Positions 1 to 12,164 of a stretch of 64,000 nt of DNA are shown piece by piece. Source of the stretch: the human T2T-CHM13v2.0 reference genome, Homo sapiens; assembly GCF_009914755.1 (NCBI RefSeq), contig NC_060927.1; one strand, written 5' to 3'. Within the stretch, counting starts at the first letter, position 1, and each line of letters opens with the position of its first letter. The position numbers and the translations under genes were made by a program. The notes beneath the pieces are model-generated. The model saw only the letters and a list, made by a program, of their open reading frames with translations. It was not told where the DNA came from and did no database searches.

Positions 1-86
1 GGTCATGAACTCCTGACCTCAGGTGATCTACCTGCCTCGGCCTCCCAAAGTGCTGGGATTACAGGCATTAGCCACTGCACCCAGCC
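1..86 (-). mobile_element. Alu (S-type), 5' part, cut by window edge
   Basis: aactcctgacctcaggtgatc...cctcccaaagtgctgggattacaggc is the reverse complement of the Alu left-arm start. Confidence 0.95.
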
Positions 87-269
87 CCTTCTGCCTTTTC
101 CTTTGCCATCAAGCTATCAGATGCCAGTACTTCTATCAGTTATCTTATCTGCAGATACATTGTGCTCTGTTTTCTTGTTTTCTTCCCCTAGTCGAATTTG
201 TACTATAGAACATCTAGACTCATTTGTGCCTTGTGTAAAGTGTAGAGAGGTTCTGAGAGGGGGCTTTCA

Positions 270-350
270 TTAATAAATCTATGTAATATGCTCAGAACAG
301 TTTCTAATATTTTAGTAGGAGCTTAATATTAACTGCTATTATTATTTCTA
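270..350 (+). mobile_element. MIR 3' fragment
   Basis: Degenerate MIR tail (atgtaatatgctcagaacagt...gctattattatt). Confidence 0.45.
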
Positions 351-423
351 GTATTGTTATTATGAATATAATTACTAAAATTCATGCATATATTAAAGAT
401 GAATTAAGCAGTGGAAATAAATC

Positions 424-1173
424 CAGTAGTCTTTCCCCTCATCCACGAGTGATATATTTCAAGACCCCCAGTGGATGCCTGAAACCGCAAGTAGTACTGA
501 ACCCTATAAATACTGTGTTTTTTCCTACACATACATGCCTATGATAAAGCTTAATTTATAAATGAGGTGAAGTAAGAGATTAACAGCAATAATAATAAAA
601 TAGGAAAATGGTAATAATATGCTGTAATAAAATGTATCACAAATTGTGACTAACTTCTGCAGTTTGAAGTGCAACAGCAAAACTAACATAAATTTTTTCT
701 CACAATTTCGTGGATAAAATACTTGTTCTTACTGTAGATCTTAGCAACCTCAGCATATAATTTTTCTTTCCTTATTAAGTAGAGAACTTTCTTTTCATTT
801 AAAGGAAGCACTTGATAGCTTCTCTGTGGCGTATCTGAATTGTCAGCATCCCTACTTTTGCACATTGGGGACAATATTAAGTAAAATAAGGTTTACTTGA
901 ACACAAACACTGTGATACCTTAACAGTAGATCTGATCACCGCGCTCTATTAAATGACTAATGGGTGGGTAGCATCTACAGCATGGATACACTGGACAAAG
1001 GAATGATTCATGTCTCGGGCAAGATGGCACAAGATTTCCACATACTACTCAGTCCACAACTGAAAATTATAGATTGCTTATTTCTGGAATTTTTCATTTA
1101 ACATTTTGGACGATGGTTGATCGTGGGTGACTGAAACCATGGGAAAAAAATCATGGATAAGAGGGGACTACTG
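424..1173 (-). mobile_element. MER44 (Tigger7-derived, TcMar-Tigger) non-autonomous DNA transposon, ~750 bp
   Basis: TIRs CAGTAGTC (424) and GACTACTG (1173) followed by TA; ORF 683-874(-) VLPLNEKKVLYLIRKEKLYAEVAKIY is a decayed CENP-B-like N-terminal HTH. Confidence 0.9.
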
Positions 1174-1189
1174 TATACTCAAATATGAA

Positions 1190-1555
1190 ATGGCTCAGTC
1201 ATAATAGAAGTTTATGTCTCATACAGAAGAGTCCAGGTTAGGGTTGAGGTCACCAGGTAGTTATCTTTCAAAGGATGATTCAGCTATCCGGGCTTTTTCC
1301 ATCTTGGGTTTCCTCTATCACCTGGTATCTTGATGTCATCTGTATCCACCCAGAGGAAGAAGAAAGAGATAGATAAATAACGGTGGGAGGTTTTATGGAC
1401 CAGATCAGGAAGTGCCATACATCACTCGTAATCCTATTGGTTAGGACTCAGTCGCGTGGTCACATCTAACTGCCAGGAAGCCTGGGAAATGTCTAATTCA
1501 GTGTCCAGGGAAAAAAGAATGGATTTGATGGATAGATTATCAGTCTCTGCTATGG
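1190..1555 (-). mobile_element. Old MaLR LTR (MLT1J/K/L-like)
   Basis: ctattggttaggactcagtcgcgtggtcacatctaactgccaggaagcctgggaaatgt...gtctctgc matches the MLT1 reverse-strand hallmark. Confidence 0.75.
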
Positions 1556-1829
1556 TGTTTTTGTATAGAGAGTTTGTGACACTTTTGACAATTCCAAAGC
1601 TATTTTTTCTTGATGTTTTTTACTGTCTTCAAATTGTACCACGTTTTAAAATTAAAACTAAATATGAATTAACTGCATTTTTTTATAATTAAGCTAATTT
1701 TTTTCAACTTTCCTAAAACTATCACTTGAAAATTAGTCTCATTGTGTCATAGCAGTATTTCTGTATCTCCTTATGTAAACATTCTGTGTCAGTTTCTAAG
1801 TGGGTACTCTGTATAAAATTAGCATGCAA

Positions 1830-2060
1830 ACAGTGGGCTGTAGAGCAAAGATCTCAGGCTTGGGAGTCATTCAGACCAGATTGTATCCCTGCATTGCCAC
1901 ACACCAATGATAACATCTTGGATGTGATACCTAGCCTTTTAAAGTTGCCATTTCTTAGGTAAAATGCAGATAACAATAGCTCTGAAGGTGTTACTGATGT
2001 AACATGCAAATCACCTAGTTCAGTGTTTGCCAAATGATAAGCGTTCAAATGGGTAGGTAT
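1830..2060 (+). mobile_element. MIR
   Basis: MIR core (catttcttaggtaaaatgcagataacaatag) and tail. Confidence 0.7.
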
Positions 2061-2449
2061 AGTTACCTCATATAATATTAAAATAGTAATTAAATGCATA
2101 TAAATATATTAGCTGGTATTTCATTGAGTGTAGATATGATTGAAGATGTTAATTGACTTAACCTTTGCATTTTTTGGTTTTCAACACCTGATGAGTGATG
2201 GGTTCTTTGATTTATTTCCTGAGTAGAATAAACACTGGAAGCATGGCCCACAGCATCTTTGGAACAAGCAGGGGCATTTTGGTACTATGATCTGGGGGGA
2301 TCAAATCAAATATGATAATAAGTAGTAGGAACTGTGATTAAATAATTTGTACAAGTACAAAAACACTGAAATTTACATGTTTTTTTAAACAGTCTCCTGA
2401 AAAGCAAAATATATTTGAAAGTTGGATATGCTGGTTATTAAAATATTGT

Positions 2450-3060
2450 TACTCAAATTCAAGTGTACCTTTCTACTCTCTGTTTTGTCTTGCTGACCCC
2501 AAAACTCTGCAACCACATTCATCATTTCCAGCTGGACACCTATTGACTCTGCCTATGGGGACACTAGAGACCAACTGGGAGGCAGGATAACCAAAAAGCA
2601 GGTTTGCTTCCCTTTCCGTGAGCGTTACGTCAGCCATGCTTCTTCATTCAGGCAGCAGCAGTTTGTTTCAAAAGCAGCAGTTGATTCCAAGTTAGAATTT
2701 TTCCAACACTCTCAGAAACAGCCTCAGAGCTACCAGCACCTACCAGGTGGACTCCTTCAGAGGCCTGGATCCCAGCCCCACAAGATACCCCTGTAGGCTC
2801 CTGTTATAAGAATTCCAACTTCATCCCTTTGCTTCCCATCTCGCTTATGAGCGAGAGCTACTCCTTGAAATTATTACCTTATAATACTTGTGTTCTTTTT
2901 TTGCCTTTTCATTTCCCCAAGATCTGGTTTACAATTCTTGACATTAAATCCTGTCTGTTAAACTCTCCAGTGTGGTTTCTCTCTCCTGACTGACTGAAAC
3001 GTTCATACCAGGAGTGGTATCCTCCAAAAAAATCCCTACAAATGGGATATGGGAATTGCA
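2450..3060 (+). mobile_element. ERVL LTR (LTR33-like) plus a stub of internal sequence with tRNA-Leu PBS remnant
   Basis: LTR 3' end attaaa...gtgtggtttctctctcctgactgactga at about 3000, then taccaggagtgg (3006-3017). Confidence 0.65.
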
Positions 3061-3159
3061 ATACTCATAAATTGATAGTTGACCATGCTTAGGCTAAATA
3101 CATGTCAATGTGTCTTAGTTTACGCTTGTTTATAGGTGTTGCTTTTGCTGTTTCCAATA

Positions 3160-3350
3160 ATAATGTAAAACGAACATGTTTACAGCATTCTGTACTTTTC
3201 TAAGGGCATGCATATGTGTTATCTCATTTAAGCCTTGATTTTGTCTCCGAGGAACTTTACAAATGAGGAAACTCAATCTAAGAGATGCCAAAATCACTCA
3301 GTGAGTTAAGTGGAGGAGCCCAGGACTCAGCTTCAAATATTTTAATTACT
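3160..3350 (-). mobile_element. MIR/MIR3
   Basis: atctcatttaa...tttacaaatgaggaaactcaa is the MIR core, reverse strand. Confidence 0.7.
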
Positions 3351-4463
3351 TTTTCCTGCATTTCAGAAATGCTTTAAAAATACCAGTTGTTTCATTTTAG
3401 AGCAAATTTTGTTTTAAATATTAAGACTTCATCCAACAAGGAAACGAAGTGCCAGTTCACCTAGTAAAGGAGAACCATAATTCAATAACTTTAGTTTAGT
3501 CCTGTAGCTACAGCTAGCCTCCGAAGGCTGTAATTATGTCTTATTTCAGGAGAGAAATGATTTTTGCCTTTTCCATTTTAAAAGATATTAAATTTCAAAA
3601 TCTCAGGAAGAAGGAGTATTTAGTGTATTGTAGCTCAGTTTAAACCAATCAAGTGTTAGTGGTAAGAATCTGTTCTTAATTACCCCACTCAAATTGAATA
3701 ATGTTAGCTTTGCCCCAGGTATCAAAATATCTCATCCTCATTTCTCAGGGAAACAATGAGCTGCATTATGTGAAAGACACATAAAGCCCCCAATTTAAGT
3801 TTACTTTGACATAAATAGAGTGTATTTTTACAAATGTGTACAGATCGTGTACATTTTTATGAGTTTGACGGAAAGAAGAACAGTGGGAATGGGGAGATAT
3901 TTCTAACATCTTGGCTCTCTTTCCAGCCTCTTGAGTCTTTCTAAGGCTTGGCAGGATTATTTTCTTACCACTTAAATACTTGTACGGCTATGACAGCAAG
4001 GAAGTCAAGAATCCATATCAAATCCATCTTGTTTTTTCAGATGCAAGTAATCAATCCTAATACTATTTTGATTTCATTTATTAAGAGATATATTTATATA
4101 AAGCTTTTAGAAGAAAATTCAGTGGCATAATTTTAGGAAGTGCTTCAATCATATTTGAGAGTCAAAATAATATTTAATTTCAAAAATTAATTACCAGCAG
4201 CTATTCTTAAGTTCTCTGCCATCTTGACCACTGTTGGTATTAAGTCCATGTCTGGTTTAACCACTAGGAACACTGTTACCACCTGTAGCCTTATTTGTTG
4301 TTGTTCCTTGAAATTTCTCTCTTACTAGCAGCCTAGCAAAACTGATTTAAAATCATTTCTGAAATGCCATGCCCCTTCACAAGAGATGGTCCAAAAGAAA
4401 ACTGACAGCTCTATAATATATATTGCAATTTAAGTCTCCTAGCTAAATGATCTCCGTTTCTAA

Positions 4464-4761
<298 letters not shown>

Positions 4762-5174
4762 TCCAACAAATTTTATATTCATTTCCCCCCTTTTACTCTT
4801 AAAATAAACCTTTGATTTGGATATGTTTTGAAGACATGCTTTGGAATGCCACATACACACCAACATCAATGTTTTTGTGTTAGATTATAAACTGCTAGGT
4901 GGCAAGAGGCAGTATTTTCTTTTTGCAGTCTAACTTGCCACCCCACAGACAGTAGGCAGCTGTTCGGTGTTTTGATTATGATAATAATTTTAAATAAAAG
5001 AACAGACTCTTGTAGAAGTTAAGAATTATTGGGACATTGAGTAGCTTAAATCAAGATCTGTAAATGAGACCAGATTCAAATTACTGACATGGACTTGAAC
5101 TAGAATTTGGCCATCCTTTCAGTCCTCATATCACTGGTGAAAGACTCCACCAAATATAGAGGCCACATGATGAA

Positions 5175-5250
5175 CCTTGCTACTCAAATCACAGTACAGC
5201 AGCGGCAGCATCACCTGGAAGCTTGTTACAAATGCAGATTCTCAGGCAAG
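5175..5250. mobile_element. MER5 (hAT-Charlie) fragment
   Basis: gcagcatcacctggaagcttgttacaaatgcagattctcaggc. Confidence 0.7.
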
Positions 5251-5293
5251 TTTCTCAATCTTATATCTTCATTTAAAATTTGATATAAAATTA

Positions 5294-5678
<385 letters not shown>

Positions 5679-6389
5679 AGCCAATGGTTTTCCTAACCAT
5701 CTTGTATAGAAAATTGATATTCGATATTCTATTTTGAGGGCAGAGTCATGTCAACGTAATGGTGTAAAAAATACACAGATGTGCAAGATCTTCTGTGTTC
5801 TTAGCTACAACCTTAAATTTTTTCTGAATTTTCGGGTATTTTTATTTAGTATAGATCTGATTTTGTGGTGCTCTTGATATGAGATATTCAGCATCATTGA
5901 GAGCCAGTTTGTTTTCCTGTAGTTTTGTTCTGACTTGCTGTTTATTTGGAAATGAATCACATTATAAAGTTATCTGTCATTTGCTTTATTTTTGTTCTGA
6001 TTTTTTTCTTCATGTTCTCATTTCTCACTGATCATTTCCTTGCCTTTGCCCCTTTGTATCTATATTATCTGAACTCATGTGGTCTGGTACCAATTGTTTC
6101 AATTAGCAATTAGCTCCTTTTCTGCATTTTCTTCAGGAATTCTTGGACTTGGACACATTCTGTTCCCAGTTTCTCTTGGGAGACGCTGATAAGGAAATTA
6201 AATTACCACTGGGTACAATATGTTTTAGCATCACTGTAAATTTCCTAAAAGTCTAATTTTGTTCATTCTGGTTTATTTTGACAATCCTAAAACCAACCAT
6301 TTCCTAATAATAAACATACAGTGGAAATATTTTTTGTTTGTTTTCTTAGGAAATGAAGTTGTCTTCTGAGTATAAGGCCTAAGAGAAAG

Positions 6390-6552
6390 ATCATTGCCTT
6401 ATTTCATAGAAAGAGAAAAATTGTAATTCCTTTTCTGTACAGCTTCCTGCTAGTAATTGAGCTGTCAATTATCCAATGCATTGGCTTCATCAAATCCTGA
6501 TAATCACCACTGAGTGCTAGCTTCAGGTCCCCAGAACCTTCTTAGCTAGCCA
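6390..6552 (+). repeat. Direct repeat copy A1 (partner 7912-8071)
   Basis: 4 transitions in the 132-nt core by manual alignment. Confidence 0.97.
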
Positions 6553-7264
6553 CGGCCCCAGGGTTTTGCAGACAGTCCTGACCTCCTGCTGGGATATAGA
6601 CAACTGGGTTAGGGAAGGATCTTGAATTAAAAGATGGTAGGTAGAAAGCAGTTCCAGAAAGTTCCCTGGCAACAGCCAGTGACCACCAAAACAGGAGGAA
6701 AGGACCCTGAGCAGAGAACAGGAGAGGCTGGTTGCATTGCCAACACTCTTCCTCAGAAGGCAGAGTCCAAGAGAACATGTGTAAGGGACCTGCCAGGATA
6801 GTAAATGTCTGCCCTGTTCCCCTGGAAATGGTTGCTATCATTCCTAGATTTTACGTTTGAAGGAGCTTGTGAATCAACCCAAAAAGTTTGAGAGATTTAA
6901 AGATGGTGTATAAGAAGTGTTTTGTCAACCTACACACCTGCTTAACTGGTTTGTGTCTTGGGCATTTCAAAAGAATGCAACTTGCATCATCCTCACTATT
7001 TGTAAGGAGAGGTAGAGGTAGGGTAAGGCAATTATGTGTTTACAATATTTGTGTTTAAAGCCTTTTCTGTTCCACCCACCCAACTCTGGGTAGCTTGGAG
7101 CAATGGAAAGTATTACCATTCAGGAAACTCTTGCCTCCTTTGGTGCAGCACTCTCTGCTCTGAAGTTTCTTTTACTCAAGAAGAGCCATGTGCCCAAACC
7201 AGACGGTTGGAGTAGCTGAGGCTTTGTGTTCATTATCCTACCACTGAGCTACTCCACTTGGAAA

Positions 7265-7347
7265 TAATTGAGAGTTTTCACTAGTTTGAAGATGCTCTGA
7301 AAGTATCCTTGAGTTAAAACATTTATTTTAGCAGAAGTAAAAATGAT
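7265..7347 (+). repeat. Diverged direct repeat copy B1 (partner 9141-9224)
   Basis: 68/84 identical by manual alignment. Confidence 0.9.
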
Positions 7348-7911
7348 GATCCCATCTTGTAGGGATTTTACTTTGTGCTCCAGGATGTGTAACTTTATAT
7401 TTTACCGATTGTAAGAAAAACTTCCCACTTGCCACCACCTCCCATTTTAGTATTTGTAAAATCGGGATCCAGCATACAGTTTACAGTTGCAAGTGTTATT
7501 GGCAGCAACCATGACATAATTGCCATTCTTTGCATGCATTAATATGGTTGTTATTTCTAGTTGTGTGCCTAGACAACCATGTAAGGATCCTTGGAGGAAA
7601 GAAGATTAGGTTGCTGTCGGAACACCTTCTGTTGACACCTCTGGCAAGATCAGGAAAGCTCTAACATGCCAAATGATGGTTGGCAGCTTAAAGATAACAG
7701 TGGAACACTCTTTAAAAATTACTGCACTATCATTGCTCTTTATGTCATAGAGGATGATATTGTATAAAATGAAAAGTTATAAAATACTGAGTTGAAAAAT
7801 AATTTTGGAAGTGTTGGACTCTGAGTATAAAGAAGTTTTAAGAGTACATTAACCAATGTATTTAGCTCAGGTTTCCCTTTTAGTGCTCAAGGATGATAAT
7901 TACTTTAAAAA

Positions 7912-8071
7912 ATCATTTCTTTATTTCATAGAGAAAAATTTGTAATTCCTTTTCTGTACAACTTCCTGCTAATAATTGAGCTGTCAATTATCCAATGCAT
8001 TGGCTTCATCAAATCCTGATAGTCACCACTGAGTGCTAGCTCCAGGTCCCCAGAACCTTCTTAGCTAGCCA
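7912..8071 (+). repeat. Direct repeat copy A2 (partner 6390-6552)
   Basis: Near-identical to 6390-6552. Confidence 0.97.
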
Positions 8072-8415
8072 TGTTTTACTAAAAAAATGGTTTTACTTAA
8101 AAAAACTGTCTACCTAAGTCCCAGGGAGAAATTTCAAGAAGTATAACATTTAACATAAATATTTAAAAAGCATCGTGTTACCATTTAATTGGCAGTGTTT
8201 TCTGTGTCTTAGTAGTACATAAAAAACATTGTGCTTTACTGTTAATGACATTGTAACATCTATAACATTCAGTTAGAAAGGAACAGTAACAATTGGGTGA
8301 GTGTGTGGTGCATCTATATGTATTAATATAATACAAAAGATGGCTACTTGATTAGGCTGAACCTATGTGAAGAAGTAGTCAGCATTTCTAATTATGCCTA
8401 GTATTCTTCAGTTTT

Positions 8416-8817
8416 TGTCTCTTCTTTCCTTCTTTGCTTCTTTTCTCCCCTCCCCTCCTCTCCTTTCCTTTCTTTTCTTTTTCTTCTTTTCTTTCTTTCT
8501 CTTCCTTTTTCTTTTTTTTCCTTTCTTTTTCTTTCTTTCTTTTTCCTTTCCTTTCCTTTCCTCTTTCCTTTCAAGTCTCACTCTGTCACCCAGGCTGGAG
8601 TGCAGTGGCACCATCATGGCTCATTGCAGCCTCAAGCTCCTGGGCTCAAACTACAGCACATGCCATCACACTCAGCTAATTTTTTAATTTTTATTTTTGT
8701 AGAGGTACAGTCTTGCTATGTTGCCGAGGCTGATCTCGAACTTCTGGCCTCAAAGAATCCTCCTGCCTCAGCCTCCCAAAGTGCTGGGGTTACAGGCATG
8801 AGGCTCCATGCCTGGCC
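8416..8817 (-). mobile_element. AluJ with internal right-arm deletion and an expanded ~155-nt CT-rich tail
   Basis: Alu body 8574-8817; ctcaa joins actaca directly (about 34 nt missing); probable TSD cagtttt at 8409 and 8818. Confidence 0.92.
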
Positions 8818-9140
8818 CAGTTTTCATTTTTTTGAAGATAATCTTCATTTATCATTAAGAAGAATCCTGAGAATTCTCTCCCACAGATAATTTCAAGATG
8901 TGACTATCTGCTTTCTTGACAGCATTCTATATTTCAGAACATTCAAGTGTTTGACATCTCATTGACTAAACTTCTGCTCTACTAGTTTGTATTCTACCAG
9001 TTCATTTTCTCTTGATTGGAAGTAACTGAAGTAACTGCAGTACAGCACAGAGCATCGCACAGAACCCAGGAATGGAATGTAGCCAAGTCTGTGAAATTGT
9101 ATACTGCAGCAACCCAGGAGTCCCCTTTCCCCTTTGCAAG

Positions 9141-9224
9141 TAATTGAGAGTTGTCACTAGTTTCGAAATGCTCTATAAGCAACCTTGAGTTTAAAATGTG
9201 TGTTTTAGCAGAAGTCAAAGTAAT
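9141..9224 (+). repeat. Diverged direct repeat copy B2 (partner 7265-7347)
   Basis: taattgagagtt.tcactagttt...ttttagcagaagt shared. Confidence 0.9.
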
Positions 9225-9950
9225 CAGCCACCCTTCCCTTTTTTTTTCCCACTTTATGCAAGTCATGACCTAAGTAATCCCCATCTTTATCAAACAGAAA
9301 CATCTTATTAAAGTTTACAAAAAAACGAGTCGAGAATATAGGAAAATAAAGGAAAGCCAGGATACCTGTTTGTCCATCCTCGGTCTACTTAATGTTTTCA
9401 GTCCAAGAGCGGAGGTCTATGATGCTGTCTTTTTTTATGATGTGTGCAGAAAATGTAATGACAACCTCCTTAAAGAAAAGGCTTCTGCCTTCTGCTTGAT
9501 GTCATAACTAGCTTGCATTACACTGGCTATGCAAGAGGATGTGAAGCTACCATTGACTTTGGTAAGTAAATGGTATCTTTGAATTACCTGGCAGTTACCT
9601 CTCACCTCTGTTTTCTCTCACACAAACCAAAGCCTGCCTTTAAGTCTAAATGACTCAGTATGCCTTGATAAGAGGACAGATCTCTGAAGACTAGCTTTGT
9701 CTTCTATTGCTGCATTACCCTAGGTGATTCATGGCAACTGAATAAGGAATCAGACTAGGAATGATATGTTGTGCCAATTTTCCTCTTCCTGATTTTAAAT
9801 TGAAATTATTGCATAGACAAGAAGTAAGCAAATATAATTTTTTAACATAAGAATAAGAGCAACTTTACAGGTTGTTTCATTAAATTTGTGGGTCCACTAA
9901 AGATAGACCAGCCAGAAATCATCCTTTCTGATGCTTTAATAATAATTTTT

Positions 9951-10660
9951 CTCATTCATTCAATCAACGAACCAGTGTTTTTTGAATGCTTAAATGTGCT
10001 AGGCACTGTGCTTAGCACAGGGAATACAGCAATAAACAGGGCAGATAGAGCCCGCGTCCTACAGCATGGCAGAGAACAAACTGTTCAATAAGTAACTAAA
10101 ATCAAATATGATAATCTACTTCCCAAGTAATAACTGCGCCTGAAGGTGTGTAACAGGAATATGTAACCAAATCTAAGAAGCCACTGAGTCCTCCCAAGAG
10201 AGGAACATTTAAATTGAGAACTGAATAAAAGTTCACCAGGAGCATGGCACAAGAGGTTTCTAGGCAAAGCAAACAGCATGTGCAAATATCCAGAACAGGA
10301 AGAAAGTAAAGCAATGTTCCATGGGCCCAATCAAAGAGCACTCATTCCAATTTACCAGGGACATGTAAGGCCTGTGAGGAAGGTTAAACAATATCCAAAG
10401 GCCAAAGGAAGCCAATGTAGGATTTCAAGCATGACTGACAATCAGAGAATAGGATGAATAGGGGATGGATTAGACATGTGGGAGGAAACAGGTGAATTAT
10501 TTTAGTGGCCAAGGAGAGAGCTGCTGGTGGCCTGAGCTTAGGGTAATGGCAGTGAAGATATAAGTTGCTGAATTTGAAGCAGAATCAACTGTTGGGCTCA
10601 AGGAAGAAGGAAGAGCAGAGGATGGCTTTCAGAATTTACCTGGATCATTGGTGGAACAAG
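9951..10660 (-). mobile_element. L2 3' fragment
   Basis: cattcattcaa...tgtgctaggcactgtgct...aacagcatgtgcaaa L2 hallmarks, reverse strand. Confidence 0.8.
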
Positions 10661-12164
10661 TCACCAGGGGAAAAATACACCAAAGAAATTAATTACTTAT
10701 TTCTATCCTTCCTTGTCCAAAAAATCTTACTAAAATGTGTTACTGAAATCTGTTCGGTATAACAAAAGAAGATATAATCAATAAACAGATGAAGGAAAGA
10801 GAAAGTTACAATTGAAGGGTGAAATAAGGTCAGGAGTAGAACCAGCACATCACTGAAGTCTTATCTCCTTTGTAAAGAAGTGTCACATATTTGACACTGA
10901 GCTTTCTAGCAGTCCAAGATAGGAGGCAAACATGATTTATAGTGTTCATAAGTGAAATGAAACCAATTGCTTGGAGAGGCTCCATCCTGCCTGATATTGA
11001 GACCAAAGAGAAATTTCTCCATTAACTTTTTCTAGAGAGGACACTGTATAATGTCATGAATGGTGTCCTCATCATAAACGCAGTGATAACCCTCATCAGC
11101 TCTTTCCTATACAGTTCCCCAATATGGACCAGTACATCTACCAAGATAAAATTAATGGAAAATCAATGTTGTGGGGGAAAAAGGCATTTTTTCATCAGGT
11201 TCAACCTGATGTGGTCCAGATTTGTCACTTTATCATGATCTGCCATCTATCCCAGGATGGAATGTGGAGTATCTCTTTTACACCTTGTGTCTGTGTGATC
11301 CCTGACTTTTGTTAAACAGTACGTATATACAAATTCTGTGTAATTTATGCCAAAAGGAAAGACCACTTTGTCTGAGCAAAGATATAGCTTTGGAGGAATC
11401 CTCCATAGGTGCATCTTCTATTAGTCAAGTTTTTGAAATATACTGCTGGATCAGTAATGAGTTTAAGGTTATATTCCTTGAGAAGTACATGGAGGATAGC
11501 TGCTCTGTTTTGTCAGGAAGTGCTAAGCCATGTGCTTTTTCAGCCAAGTTGAGGGTGAAATTAATATCTTGCTGAAGTTAAAGTGTTTAACAATGAGATA
11601 TGTCTTGGTGGAAGGATACCTGGTTTTGCTTAGCAATGAGCCATAGGAGTAGACCCAGGCAACACAAGATCCTCCCCAGAAAGTCATTTTAGGTCCATTA
11701 TAATACAGACAAATGGGAATGGAGGTCCCAGAGTTTCCCGTTTTAAGGTATAACTTTAATTTTTATCTCAAAAAAACTTTAAAGCATCTATAACCAAATG
11801 CCCACTTTGATCATAAAAAATAAAAATATCAGTAAATAGAGTATCCAGAGAATATACAGCTTTGACCAATGTCATTCCCAGTATAAGCTGAAAAAATATC
11901 ATGCAGTTTTTTAAAGTTTCCATTAAAATTTTTACCAATATCCCAGGATGTTTAAGCCTAGGAACAGTAAATCTTTATTATTTTTTCATTACAAAGCAAG
12001 ATAGGAAGATGGGTAGTTCTGGAATGCAATATTATTACAGTTAGATTTCAGTTTGATATCTTGCTTAGTAGATTCCTCAGAATACCTTGGGTTTGAACTT
12101 GTTTGAACAGGATGCTTGGTTCTGTTCTATGGTCATCTACTGGCAGTGAGCTGGTGAGGACTGA

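Noticed and set aside
7208-7256. 10-bp inverted repeat with a tRNA A-box-like GTAGCTCAGTGGTAG on the minus strand
   Set aside because: No B-box or cloverleaf, and inner pairing too weak for a tRNA or pre-miRNA call
7343-7410. Possible C/D snoRNA (ATGATGA box C)
   Set aside because: No properly placed CTGA box D with a terminal stem
6390-8071. Direct repeats as the two LTRs of a retroelement or as CRISPR-like repeats
   Set aside because: No TG...CA ends, PBS, PPT or TSD; only two long copies; primate genomic context
8394-8890. Phe-rich, Lys/Arg-rich and Alu-like ORFs
   Set aside because: Translations of the CT-rich Alu tail and Alu body
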